Shown: piece by piece, positions 1 to 9,694 of the stretch
Position numbering within the stretch: position 1 is the first letter of the stretch
How the letters are laid out: each line of letters starts with the position of its first letter
NCBI RefSeq assembly: GCF_902713615.1
Contig: NC_052152.1
Location: 110,286,401-110,350,400, forward strand
DNA length: 64,000 nucleotides
Direction: 5' to 3'
Source of the DNA: Scyliorhinus canicula
Lineage: Eukaryota
Translations under genes and position numbers: made by a program
Notes under the pieces: generated by a model
Told to the model about the DNA's origin: nothing
What the model saw: the letters and a program-made list of their open reading frames with translations, nothing else
Databases searched by the model: none

Positions 1-64
1 CTGCTGGCCTGCTTGGTCTGCTTTAAAAGCTAGCAATTTAGCTCAGTGAGCTAAACCAGCCCCT
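1..64 (-). mobile_element. tRNA-derived SINE 5' head (truncated by window edge)
   Basis: Reverse complement AGGGGCTGGTTTAGCTCACTGAGCTAAA...GCAGACCAAGCAGGCCAGCAG matches the SINE heads at 52690 (+) and 15478-15654 (-). Confidence 0.8.
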
Positions 65-66
65 AT

Positions 67-2530
67 GCCCTTTTGCTAAACAGTATGGCCACCCACTTCA
101 GCCTCATCCCACAGCACGCTTGGTAGGTCTGTCCTATCCAGCTTTTTCTTGCACTCAGTCGGTCCTTCTTCCTCAGGTGTGTTTCTTGGAGGAAGACTGT
201 GTGGCCCTCAGGCTTTTCAGATGGGGGAAGACTCTAGGTGGGATTCTCCAACTCCCCGCCGGGTCGGAGAATCCCCGGGGGGGGGGGGCAGCGCAAATCA
301 TGCCCGCCGCCCCGACGCCGGTTGCTGTATTCTCCGGCGCCGTTTTCTGGGCGGGGGCGGGATTCACGCCACGCCGGTCGGGGGCCGTTGGCAGCAGCCC
401 CTCCGGCAATTCTCTGGGCCCTGATGGGCCGAGCAGCCGTCCGTTTTTGGCCAGTCCTGCCGGCCTAGGTTACGCATGGTCCCACACGGTGGGACCTGGC
501 AGGTAAGTCGGCGGGGGCGATCCTCGGGGGAGAGGCGTGGGGCGATCGGGGCCCACCAATCTGCAGGCGGGCCTGTGCCGTGGGACACTCCTTCCTTCCA
601 CGCCAGCCCTGCAGGGCTCCGCCATGACGGGCGTGGAGAAGAGAAACCCCTGCGCATGCGCCAATATACGCTGGCCGGTCTGCTCATGGGCGGAAGCACG
701 CCGGTGGTTCCGCGCATGCGCGAGACCATGCCAGCCCTTTGGTGCATCCGCGAAAACGCCCCGTCCCTTCGGCGCCGGCTGGAGCGGCACCAACACCTCC
801 GCCGTCCACCTAGCCACCAAACGCATTTTATGGGGCTGTTGACGGCGGAGTGGTTGGCGCCGGTTCTCCCGCCAACGTGGGGACTTGGTTCTCCCGAAGG
901 GAGAATCCCGTCCTCTGGGTCTTTTCATTGGGCTGTTAAGTCCACTGACGTTCCAGGTGACTATTCTGGTGGGGGGGTTTCTGTTCCCCACCCCCTCCTG
1001 TGGGGTCAGCCATGCCCACCGCATGGACGTGCCACTGCTTTTCTCTTTGTTTGCGGGCCACCCAACGTGGCCGCCGCTGTCTTCTTCATTCTAGCCGCCT
1101 CCAGGTGTGACCTGTTGTAACCAGCGTTCTACCATCCCCCCTTCCCCCCCCCCACCTAGTCTACGATTCGTCCCCTGAGCCCATCTGCCCTTGCCGTCCA
1201 CCCTACCCCATACTGCTGTTGCCTTTGCCCTTGTCCCCCTTCCCCCTGATTTGTCATTTTCCCTCTCCCCACCTTTCTGGCAGGCGTTCCCTCCCTTTCG
1301 AGAGTTGTGCCACAACATTCCCCTCTTACTTATGAACACTAGCATATTTGCCAGTGTTGTGGCTCCCTCCTGGGAATAGCACACCCCCCCCCACCTCACT
1401 TTTCTACCTTCTCCCACCCGCCCAGGTTGAGCAACTTTTCAGCCTTGAGGTCAAAGACACATTGTTCATAATCTGTATAGATCCCAGGCCATTTCTCAGG
1501 ATGAATTCATCAGCATCCTCCAGTATGTTAAAATAATGTTCTTTATTGTTGTAAATTAACAAGAGTCTTGCCGGGTACAGCAGTCCAAACCTCACCTTCT
1601 TCTTGAATATACCCGCCTTGGCCCCATTGAACTCAGCCCACCGCTTGGTTAGGTTGGCCCGAATGTCCTGATAGATTCGGATTGTATGTCCCTCCCAACT
1701 ATAGGGCCGTGTACTTCTTGCCCAGTTCAGAAAGTCGCTTCATGCCCTGATACTTGTGGAACTTGGTGATAATCGCCAGTGGGGGTTCTCCTCCTTTGGG
1801 CCATTGGCGGAGTGACCTGTGGGCCTCTGGGGCTTGGGGAAGTTCCCCCCACCCGATCAGCTTTCCGAGCATCTTGGTTGTGTACGCTGTCGGGTTTCTG
1901 CCCGCTGTCCCCTGAAATAGTCCGACAATCCTTAAGTTCTGGCAGCGAGAACTCTTCTCCTGATATTCCACCTTCCTCTTGAGCGCTTTCTGAGAGGTCA
2001 CCAGCCTTGTCACTTCTGCCTCGAGTGAGGCAATCCGATTGCTCTGATCTGTGGCCACTTTCTCCAGCTCCAGCACTGTGCCTCCTGGATCCCCAGTCTT
2101 TGCTCTGTTCGTTCCAGCGCCTCTTTGAAGGGGGCCAGTGTGATTTCTATGGCCGACCTCATGGCCGCCATGAGGTCCTCCTTGATGGAGTCGCTGTGTT
2201 TTTGGTGCTCCTGTGTAAGGATCTCCATCTACTGACTTCTCAGCATTCGTGCTGGTAATCCCTCTTGGTCTGCCATATTCTGCTCTGCTTCGCTCCGCGT
2301 GTCTGCAGTCTGGATCTTTGTCTCCTGACTCTTGCTGATTTTAATGTTTTCTGGCTCTGTGGCTGATTTGAGGGTATTTCCTCGGGTGATTGTTAGATTA
2401 GGGTCAGTGTTTCTTTTTGTTGTTTTGACGATAAAAAGTTGTTTTCGGATTACAAGGACCTAATTCGATGTTCCCAAAGGAGAGCTGCCTTTCGTGCGAC
2501 TGTTCAGCACATCGCCACCACCGGAAGTCA
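67..2530 (-). mobile_element. L1-clade LINE 5' part (5'UTR, ORF1, start of ORF2 endonuclease), degenerate, antisense in the receptor intron
   Basis: ORF1-like peptides LKRKVEYQEKSSRCQNLRIVGL and RFGLLYPARL; endonuclease motifs RIVTWNVSGLN (about 940-970) and FLQETHL (about 170-195), split by a MITE; 5' end GACTTCCGGTGGTGGCG at about 2530. Confidence 0.85.
236..913. mobile_element. PIF/Harbinger-type MITE inserted in the L1 endonuclease
   Basis: Terminal inverted repeats (TIRs) AGGTGGGATTCTCC / GGAGAATCCCGTCC and a 3-bp target-site duplication (TSD) TCT (233-235, 914-916). Removing it restores L1 KRPRVF. Confidence 0.85.
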
Positions 2531-2691
2531 CGCTCACCATTTTTGGCCGAGATCCGGAACTCGTCATTGGGAGGGGGCTGGATGAATTGCAAACTGGTTT
2601 GCGCATGGCACGGTCCTCAATTTTGGCCTTTCCCGCTATTTTCCTTGAGCGCTCAGATCCGTGCCGGGCGCAATGCGGTGGTTATATCACA

Positions 2692-2945
2692 TCCTTGAAG
2701 TGATTTTAAAAAGAACCAAATGTGATCTGAGAAAAGATTTTTTACACAGTGAGTGGTTCAGGTCTGGAATGCACTGCCTGGAAGTGTGATGGAGGCAGGT
2801 TAAATCGAGGTATTCAAAAGGGAAATAAATAATTATCTGAATAGAAACAATGTGCAGGGGTACAGGCATGGTCATGATGCAGATTTGGGGAGCCAATGCA
2901 GGCACAATGGGCCGAATGGCCTCATCCTGTACTGTAACAATTCTG
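2692..2945 (+). mobile_element. CR1 LINE 3' fragment
   Basis: TTTTTTACACAGTGAGTGGTTCAGGTCTGGAATGCACTGCCTGG (FFTQRVVxxWNxLP-like) followed by the ATGGGCCGAATGGCCTC tail. Confidence 0.75.
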
Positions 2946-2949
2946 TGAT

Positions 2950-3345
2950 AGCTTAGAGGGTAGGAGAGATTAAATGACAAAGATGTCATGGAGCAAAAAG
3001 CAAAGTGTGTGTAGTGGTAAAGGAACAAGCATTGGTCCAATGTAGATGTTAATAGCAGAATAAAGATCAATGTTGTCTGAAAACAAAATCTGATAACAAG
3101 ATACAGACGAGCACCAGGGGAGACAAAATACAAAATTGAGGACAGAGTTCATGGTCTGAAATTGTTGAACATTGAACTCAATGTTGAGTCCAGAAGGCTA
3201 TTAAGTACCTAACCGGAAGATGAGGTGCTGTTCCTTTAGCTTGCATTTACTTCACTGGAACTTTGCAGCAGGTCAAGGACAGTATTATGAGCATGAGAGC
3301 AAGTTGGTGAATTGGAATAGTAAGCAACCATAAGTTTGTGGTCAA
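2950..3345 (-). mobile_element. Penelope-like element 3' remnant
   Basis: Minus strand encodes a KLKEQHLIFRLGT...PSGLNIEFN-like GIY-YIG C-terminus, homologous to 23330-23400. Confidence 0.65.
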
Positions 3346-3530
3346 GCCTACCTTGAAAAAGTTTTGTTTTTTAGCCGTATCCTGAGTTTATTATATGATG
3401 TGACTCTAGGCAATTGTTAGAAAATTCCATTGGTCGTATCTGGGGGACAGTTTCTCAGTTGCTTCCTGCCAGAACCTTTCAAACTATGCAAGTAATATGA
3501 ATGTACCCCTGGATATCAATGAGAAAGTTT

Positions 3531-3757
3531 ATTTTTTTTTAAATTTAGATTACCCAATTATTTTTTCCAATTAAGGGGCAATTTAGCGTGGCCAATCCAC
3601 CTACTCTGCACATTTTTGGGTTGTGGGGGCGAAACCCACGCAGACACGGGGAGAATGTGCAAACTCCACACGGACAGTGACCCAGAGCCGGGATCGAACC
3701 TGGGACCTTAGCGCAGTGGGGCAGTTGTGCTAACCACTAGGCCACCGTGCTGCCCGT
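3531..3757 (-). mobile_element. V-SINE (HE1-like), full length
   Basis: tRNA head, V-domain GTGTGGAGTTTGCACATTCTCCCCGTGTCTGCGTGGG, A-tail, and 13-bp TSD AATGAGAAAGTTT (3518-3530, 3758-3770). Confidence 0.85.
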
Positions 3758-3879
3758 AATGAGAAAGTTTCTTAATATCTAATGAGTTCCCTGTGCCATT
3801 TGTACAAAGTGCAAATATGTGGTGAATGTTCTGTCATTCTAATTCTTAGTATAGAAAGCATTGATAACTCAGTCTTGGT

Positions 3880-4540
3880 CATTGCTCTTGAGGTACCAAT
3901 CTCCCATCTGAGTCAGAAAGTTATGAGTTAAAATACTATTCAAAGACATCAGCAGAAATTCTAAACTGACATTTCATGATCCCATGGTACTACTCCAAAG
4001 AACAGCAAGAAGTCTTACAACACCAGGTTAAAGTCCAACAGGTTTATTTTTAATCACTAGCTTTCGGAGCTCTGCTCCTTCCTCAGGTGAATGAAGAAGT
4101 ATCGTCTTGCATCTTTGACTTTGTCTATATACATGTTTCTGGAACCTACCTCTTCATTCACCTGAGGAAGGAGCAGAGCTCTGAAAGCTAGTGATTTGAA
4201 ACAAACCTGTTGGACTTTAACCTGGTGTTGTAAGACCTCTTACTTTGCTCACCCCAGTTCACGCCGGCATCTCCACATCATGACTCCAAAGATGAGCAGG
4301 GGAACTCCCTGCACACGCACCCCCACCACCCCCACCCCCCTCCACTCCCTTTCCTCACCCTCTCAAAGTCCTAACCAATATTTATCCCTCAACCAACATC
4401 ATGAAAACAGATTATCTGATCATTATCACACTGCTGTTTGTAGGAGATTGCTGTGTGCAAATAGGCTTATTTCTAACATTACAACAATGACTACACTTCA
4501 AAGGTAACTAATTGACTTTGAAGTGCTTTGAGACAAGTGC
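3880..4540 (+). mobile_element. Deu-domain SINE (SacSINE1/AmnSINE1-type), interrupted by a Penelope remnant
   Basis: GATCCCATGG...CCAATATTTATCCCTCAACCAACATC...CAGATTATCTGATCATTATCACACTGCTGTTTGT...GACTACACTTCAAA matches my recollection of the Deu domain. Confidence 0.7.
4008..4281. mobile_element. Inverted-duplicated Penelope terminal remnant with two hammerhead motifs
   Basis: 86-bp inverted arms (4012-4097 / 4151-4236), each containing CTGAGGA-A-GGAGC-AGA-GCTC[C/T]-GAAA-GC-TA; flanking duplication ACTCCAAAGA. Confidence 0.75.
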
Positions 4541-4681
4541 TGTGTAAAAGGAGGGATTTATTTTGTACTTTTGGAAATGGTTCCAATATGCACATTTGGT
4601 TTAGAATCTGTTAACCTGAGTTTACCATTTTGTTGCTGAGCATTCTTAACTTATTCCTTTTCTCATCAAATTATCTCCAAG

Positions 4682-5538
4682 GTATTTCAATGCCGATCCC
4701 TGTTTTTGGACTCCAAGATGCTTCCAAGGTTTTTCAGGATGACAGTTGTTTTCTCACAGATGAACATTTTGTCCTGGTGGGTTCCTTTGTGGCGTTCTTC
4801 ATTCCCCTCACAATAATGGTGGTCAGCTACTTCTTGACAATTCGAGTACTACAGCAGGAAGCCACTTTGTGCTTGGACGTCTTTAAACCCAAGCCCAAAT
4901 GGACGAACTTTCGGATGTTTCTTCAGAAGGGGCCTCTGTCGGCCAACTCATCAGACAAAGCAGCAATGTTAAAAACGTATGACATTAAAGGTACACCTCC
5001 TCAGATATCGTCTTGGTGTTCTTTAAATAAAGAACTGGGAACTTCAGGAAGACGGTCAATGCAATCAATTAGTAATGAGCAGAAGGCTTCCAAAGTTCTT
5101 GGGATTGTGTTTTTTCTTTTTGTTGTGATGTGGTGTCCATTTTTTGTGACCAACGTAATGTCTGTAATCTGCACAAAGGTGTGTGATAAAGAGCTCATTG
5201 AAGAACTCCTCAGCATCTTTGTCTGGGTCGGGTATCTCTCTTCTGGTATTAACCCACTTGTATACACACTTTTCAACAAAACCTATCGATCGGCCTTTTC
5301 AAGGTACATTCATTGTCAGTACAAGAATGAAAATAAGCCTGCTCAGCAAATTCTAGTCAGCACGGTACCCACTCTGGCATCCAGCAAGGATAAACTGCAG
5401 CTGTCCAGTACGGAGAGCCTGAGAAACAGCACAGAAATGAGGACCAGGGTACATTCTGTCGAATCACTTGGAGAAACCCATCAGGAGAAATCAAGGACTG
5501 AAAAAGTTTATATCACTGAAAAGGTCAGCTACGTTTGA
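4682..5538 (+). CDS. HTR2A: Terminal coding exon (TM4 end to C-terminus) of a 5-hydroxytryptamine receptor 2A-like GPCR
   Basis: GISMPIPVFGLQD, EATLC, GRRSMQSISNEQKASKVLGIVFFLFVVMWCPFF, NPLVY, TYRSAFSRYIHCQYK and the C-terminal PDZ ligand EKVSYV. Polypyrimidine tract plus AG at 4680-4681 gives a phase-1 G|GT split, matching my recollection of the mammalian HTR2A last exon. Stop TGA at 5536-5538. The 5-HT2 family call is firm; the subtype is less so. Confidence 0.85.
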
Positions 5539-5879
5539 GTGCAGACCCTTTACAAAACAGTGCAAGTCTTCTTTGAGATAGTTAATAAAACAGGATAACA
5601 TGACACTTGCATCTTCAGGTGCTGTTCTATTGAATATTGGCTATCCACCATATCCCAGACATGATGTGTTCACTGCCTTTAATGCTATACACAGCAGAGC
5701 ACAGGAAACTTGGCACAGTTGGATTTTCCAGTTCAGATTATGGGAAAGAATCAAAAGTAAATACATTTGACTGGATTGGTTATTGTATTGCAGCCCATTG
5801 CAATTGTTTTAAATTATTTTCAAATAACCATGCACTGTCAGAATGTTTAGTAAATCACATTGGATTATGAAGGGTATAT

Positions 5880-6320
5880 GAAACAGAAAGAGGCCATTCA
5901 GCCCAGTCAGTACATGCCGGTATTTATGCTTCTTTCAAGCCTCCTCTTGTCATTCCTCATCTAAATTTATCATTGTGACCCTCTATTCTCTTCTCCCTCA
6001 TGTGTTTGTCTCGTTTCCCCTTAAAGGCCCATTTCCTATACTGTTTGTTTCAACCACTCCATGTGGTAGTGTGTTCCACATTCTCAATACTCTTCAGCTA
6101 AAGAAGTTTCTTATGAATTCCCTATTAGATTTCTTGGTGACTATTTCATCTTCCCCACAACCCTGAGAAATAGGAGCAGCAATAGGTAATTTGGCTCCTT
6201 GAGCCTTCTCTGTCGTTCAGTAAGATCGTGGCTGATCTGATTGGGGCCTTAACTCCACTCTCCTGCCTGCCTTGACCCATAACCCTTGACTCCTTTCCAC
6301 GCCAAAAATCTGTCTTACCT
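5880..6320 (-). mobile_element. Old CR1 3' fragments
   Basis: GAGGCCATTCAGCCC and ATAGGAGCAG...GATCGTGGCTGATCTGA are reverse-complement CR1 tails, compare 32165-32240. Confidence 0.6.
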
Positions 6321-8154
6321 CACAATAGCATACATTCTATCTGCATCCTGACCATCAAAACTTTTCCGAATTTTAAGTACCTCCAGAGCACGGCACTTCT
6401 CAGCCTTCTTTTCCCTAAATTAATCTTTCAAAATTTTATTAACGATTCTATTCACAAATCCTGTTCATTATTCCTTTAGTTTCTAAACAGTCTTTCTTCA
6501 TAACATCATCACCGTCAACTCCTTCCTGGCTCTTGGGATGCACTTGATTGGTTACTTGTAAATAGCAACTCCCAGATTTAACTGAGATAGTAAATTCCAT
6601 TTGTTTTCCTTTTGATAGGAACCTGCACAAAGTGACACAATGGTCAACTTTAGTTACAAAAACAGTGCAAAAATAGATTATTTATATTTGCCGATGTTTC
6701 ATGGCAGGCCGTCTGTGCAGTTCTGGTTTACATGCTATGTTCGACATGTGAATAGTTTAAAATGTTGTGAATATAGAGACTTTTCTTTATATGAACTGTA
6801 AAATCCATTTACAAGTACATTATTAAAAAATAGTAAAATTTGTTGTAATAAGGTTTTGGTTATCTTATAACTATCGCTCAGAAAGGTATTGTTTTGAGGA
6901 GTACAGCACCTCTGGATGTACTACATTTGTGCAAAAATTCTAACTCAACTGTAGCCTTGCTTGACTCTCTTGTTAAAAACATTGATCAAACATTGAAACA
7001 AAACTTTGATCTTAGAGACTTATCAGTCAGGATTAAAATTCATCACTTGTTAATTTTTAAATTATGTAGATAATGGGAGATTGGAACAGGCTAAAGATTG
7101 AACCATAGTAAAAGTTTCTTGATTGAGTTGCATTTGAATTATTAAAATATGATCTAATGTTTCAGCGGTCTGCTGTATATATAAGCATTTTCAAATGTTT
7201 TATTCTGTTGTACATATAGGTGAAACTAAGAGATCAAAATGATTTATAATGTTTGTTCACTTTGGGCACCTTTCCCAGGTTTGAGTGCATCTTCTGCCAA
7301 CTCCCCATTTGCTTCTGCAGTTTAAACAGGGGGAATCTATCTGCCCTGACAGCAACATATAGCAGAATAAAGTCATATATTTTGATATACATTTATTTCA
7401 TGCTGCATTAATGCATCGGCTTCTACATTGCTCGGGAACAGCAAAGGCTGCTGGGATACAATGGCACTGCCACCCTGAATAAATGCAGCCAAATTGGTCT
7501 GACATGGAAATGGTGTTAACTCTATTCCCCTGGGCTGCACTGAAACTCTGCAAAGATTTTCCTTTTAGCCTTAATTTTTTTCCCCCGTTTAAACATCTTC
7601 CACACTGAATCTTCAGTAATGCCCAATATAGAGCATTAAGGAGATGTGTATAGTACAATCTAAATGGCTAATCTGCAGATTACTTCCCATAATTCCCTCT
7701 CTCTGACTGGAGGCCCAAGCTAATCCCCAGATAGCAAGACCAGAATTATATGATTTCCACTCCAGTATCTTGGGCCAGCCGCATATGGCACAGTCCCTTT
7801 AAACATACAGGAAACACCTATTATTAAATGGAGCGATTTTAAAGCTTAACACCATATAAAACCGATTCAACTTCACAAATTTAAAACAGTTTCAAGCAGA
7901 ATCAGAGGTTCCTGGCGCACAGCCTTGCAATCTTACAAGAGGCATCCAATTAATAGGATTCCTTTGCATTTGCCGTTCAATTAGCTATGGAGGGGTTCCC
8001 AAGGCCCAAAAGGAACACTGCAGGGTACAACAGGCCCACCAGAAATGGTTGCCACTCCTAAGGCCGGGATGGAGCATGAGGGCACCTCAAAATGGAGACA
8101 TTCTTGGAGGCCGGCTGACATTTAAAAAATATAAGGAAGGCTCATAGCTCATAA

Positions 8155-8312
8155 ATCTTTATTATTATTGTCACAAGTAGGCTTACATTGCAATGAAGTT
8201 ACTGTGAAAATCCCCGTGTCGCCACATTCCGGCGCCTGTTCAGGTACACTGAAGGAGAATTCAGAATGTCCAATTCACCTAAAAGCACGTCTTTTGGGAC
8301 GTGGGAGGAATC
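8155..8312 (-). mobile_element. SINE 3' part
   Basis: TTATTGTCACAAGTAGGCTTAC...GCCACATTCCGGCGCCTGTTC, shared with copies at 14340, 24800 and 54280. Confidence 0.75.
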
Positions 8313-8791
8313 AATGCTGAGGGGAAAGCACACAACAGGAGAGGTTATAACAGAGGCCACAGCCTTTACATTCTTGTGGCTCATTTATTGGGTGAATGAG
8401 AGGAGATATCAATAGCCCTCCGTATCCCACTGTGAGACTGCCTCCATGGTGGTGGTTGACTTGAGCTTGCATCCAGGAGTTATGAAGGCATTGGGGAGCC
8501 AATGCAACAATCAACTTTCGGAATTTCCCCACTCCCACACCACTAAAGCCTCTGTGGGATGACATGTTTCCATTGTTACCATTGTTTCTGTAAGATTGAA
8601 TTGTTCCCTGTTTGATGCTTTGATGCTGAAAATTACCTGTCTTGATTTTTGTGCAACTAATATGTAATGTGCTGAGATTTCACATCGCCCCTGTACCGAG
8701 AAGACACAACTTTGTTCTCAATAGTGTACAAAGTCATGATTTAAGTTTTGTTGCTTCAGTTGTGTATTTTGAGTTTTCCATATATTGTGCC

Positions 8792-8797
8792 AATAAA
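8792..8797 (+). terminator. Candidate polyadenylation signal
   Basis: AATAAA preceded by TGTA/U-rich sequence, with a second AATAAA at about 8835. Confidence 0.4.
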
Positions 8798-9694
8798 AAC
8801 ATTTCAAGAAACCAATGTCTGGCATTTTAGGATTAATAAAGGTGGTTACAATTTAATTTTGGAAATATTGCAATGTACGCCTTCTTTCAGTTGTCAATGT
8901 GGTCAGTTATTTCACACATAGGGAGATGGTTCCTGATTCTTTTTAGAGAAGCTAATGGAAAAAAAACTGAAACTGTAAGTAATTTAAATGGCAATTTGCT
9001 TTCATGTAAAGAATTAAAGTCCAGGCTTTAAGGTAACTGAAGCTAATGTAAATGATCTATATAGGGTCGAGGTGACAATGAGGGCTTTCTGGCGCATAGC
9101 AGCAACACTGAGATATTGACTGTTAATTTAAGGGTCACACTGCATCTTCCAGATAATCACATATGTCTAAGGTTTCCACAATGCGACAAAAGGACACAAC
9201 CTGAGATGTTAACTCATACAGAACAAGGTCTGGGGAGGGGGTTGCACGAGGTGTTAATCACAGCGGCGGGCGGCGGGTGCGCCGGGTTGGGGGGGGGGGG
9301 GATCGATGAGCGTCCATTGGCTGAGTAGACTGTCAATCACGAGGGTCAATGTCGATAGCAGCCAATAAGGCGCCCAGACCATTGCGATTGACAGGCTCTG
9401 AGCCAATGATTCCCCTTCCTCTGAACAACCATCGTTAGGCACGTGGCAGGCGCTGGATTGCCTCGGGCCCCGTGCCTTGTGCCGGGCCTCCTACCTGGTT
9501 CAGTTTGGTGGTGGTTCGGAGCTGTTTTGTGCACACTTCAGACCTGGCTGCAGTGAAATGTAAGCCCAGTGCCTTTTTGCTTACCCGCACATCCTGACCA
9601 GACTCTCCTCTAAGTGTTCCCTCAGTCAATGGTGCATGTGGACTTCCCTCAACAACCTCGCCACAATGGTGGTGTGGCCCTGACTTCTCCTGTG

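Larger units (their letters stand above)
5539..8820 (+). other. Probable 3' UTR of the receptor gene
   Basis: AU-rich unique sequence at about 6650-7400 and 8570-8830; AATAAA at 7366-7371 and 8792-8797. Confidence 0.4.

Noticed and set aside
4630-4681. ORF-track N-terminus MLLSILNLFLFSSNYLQ
   Set aside because: This is the intronic polypyrimidine tract; receptor homology starts at the AG acceptor.
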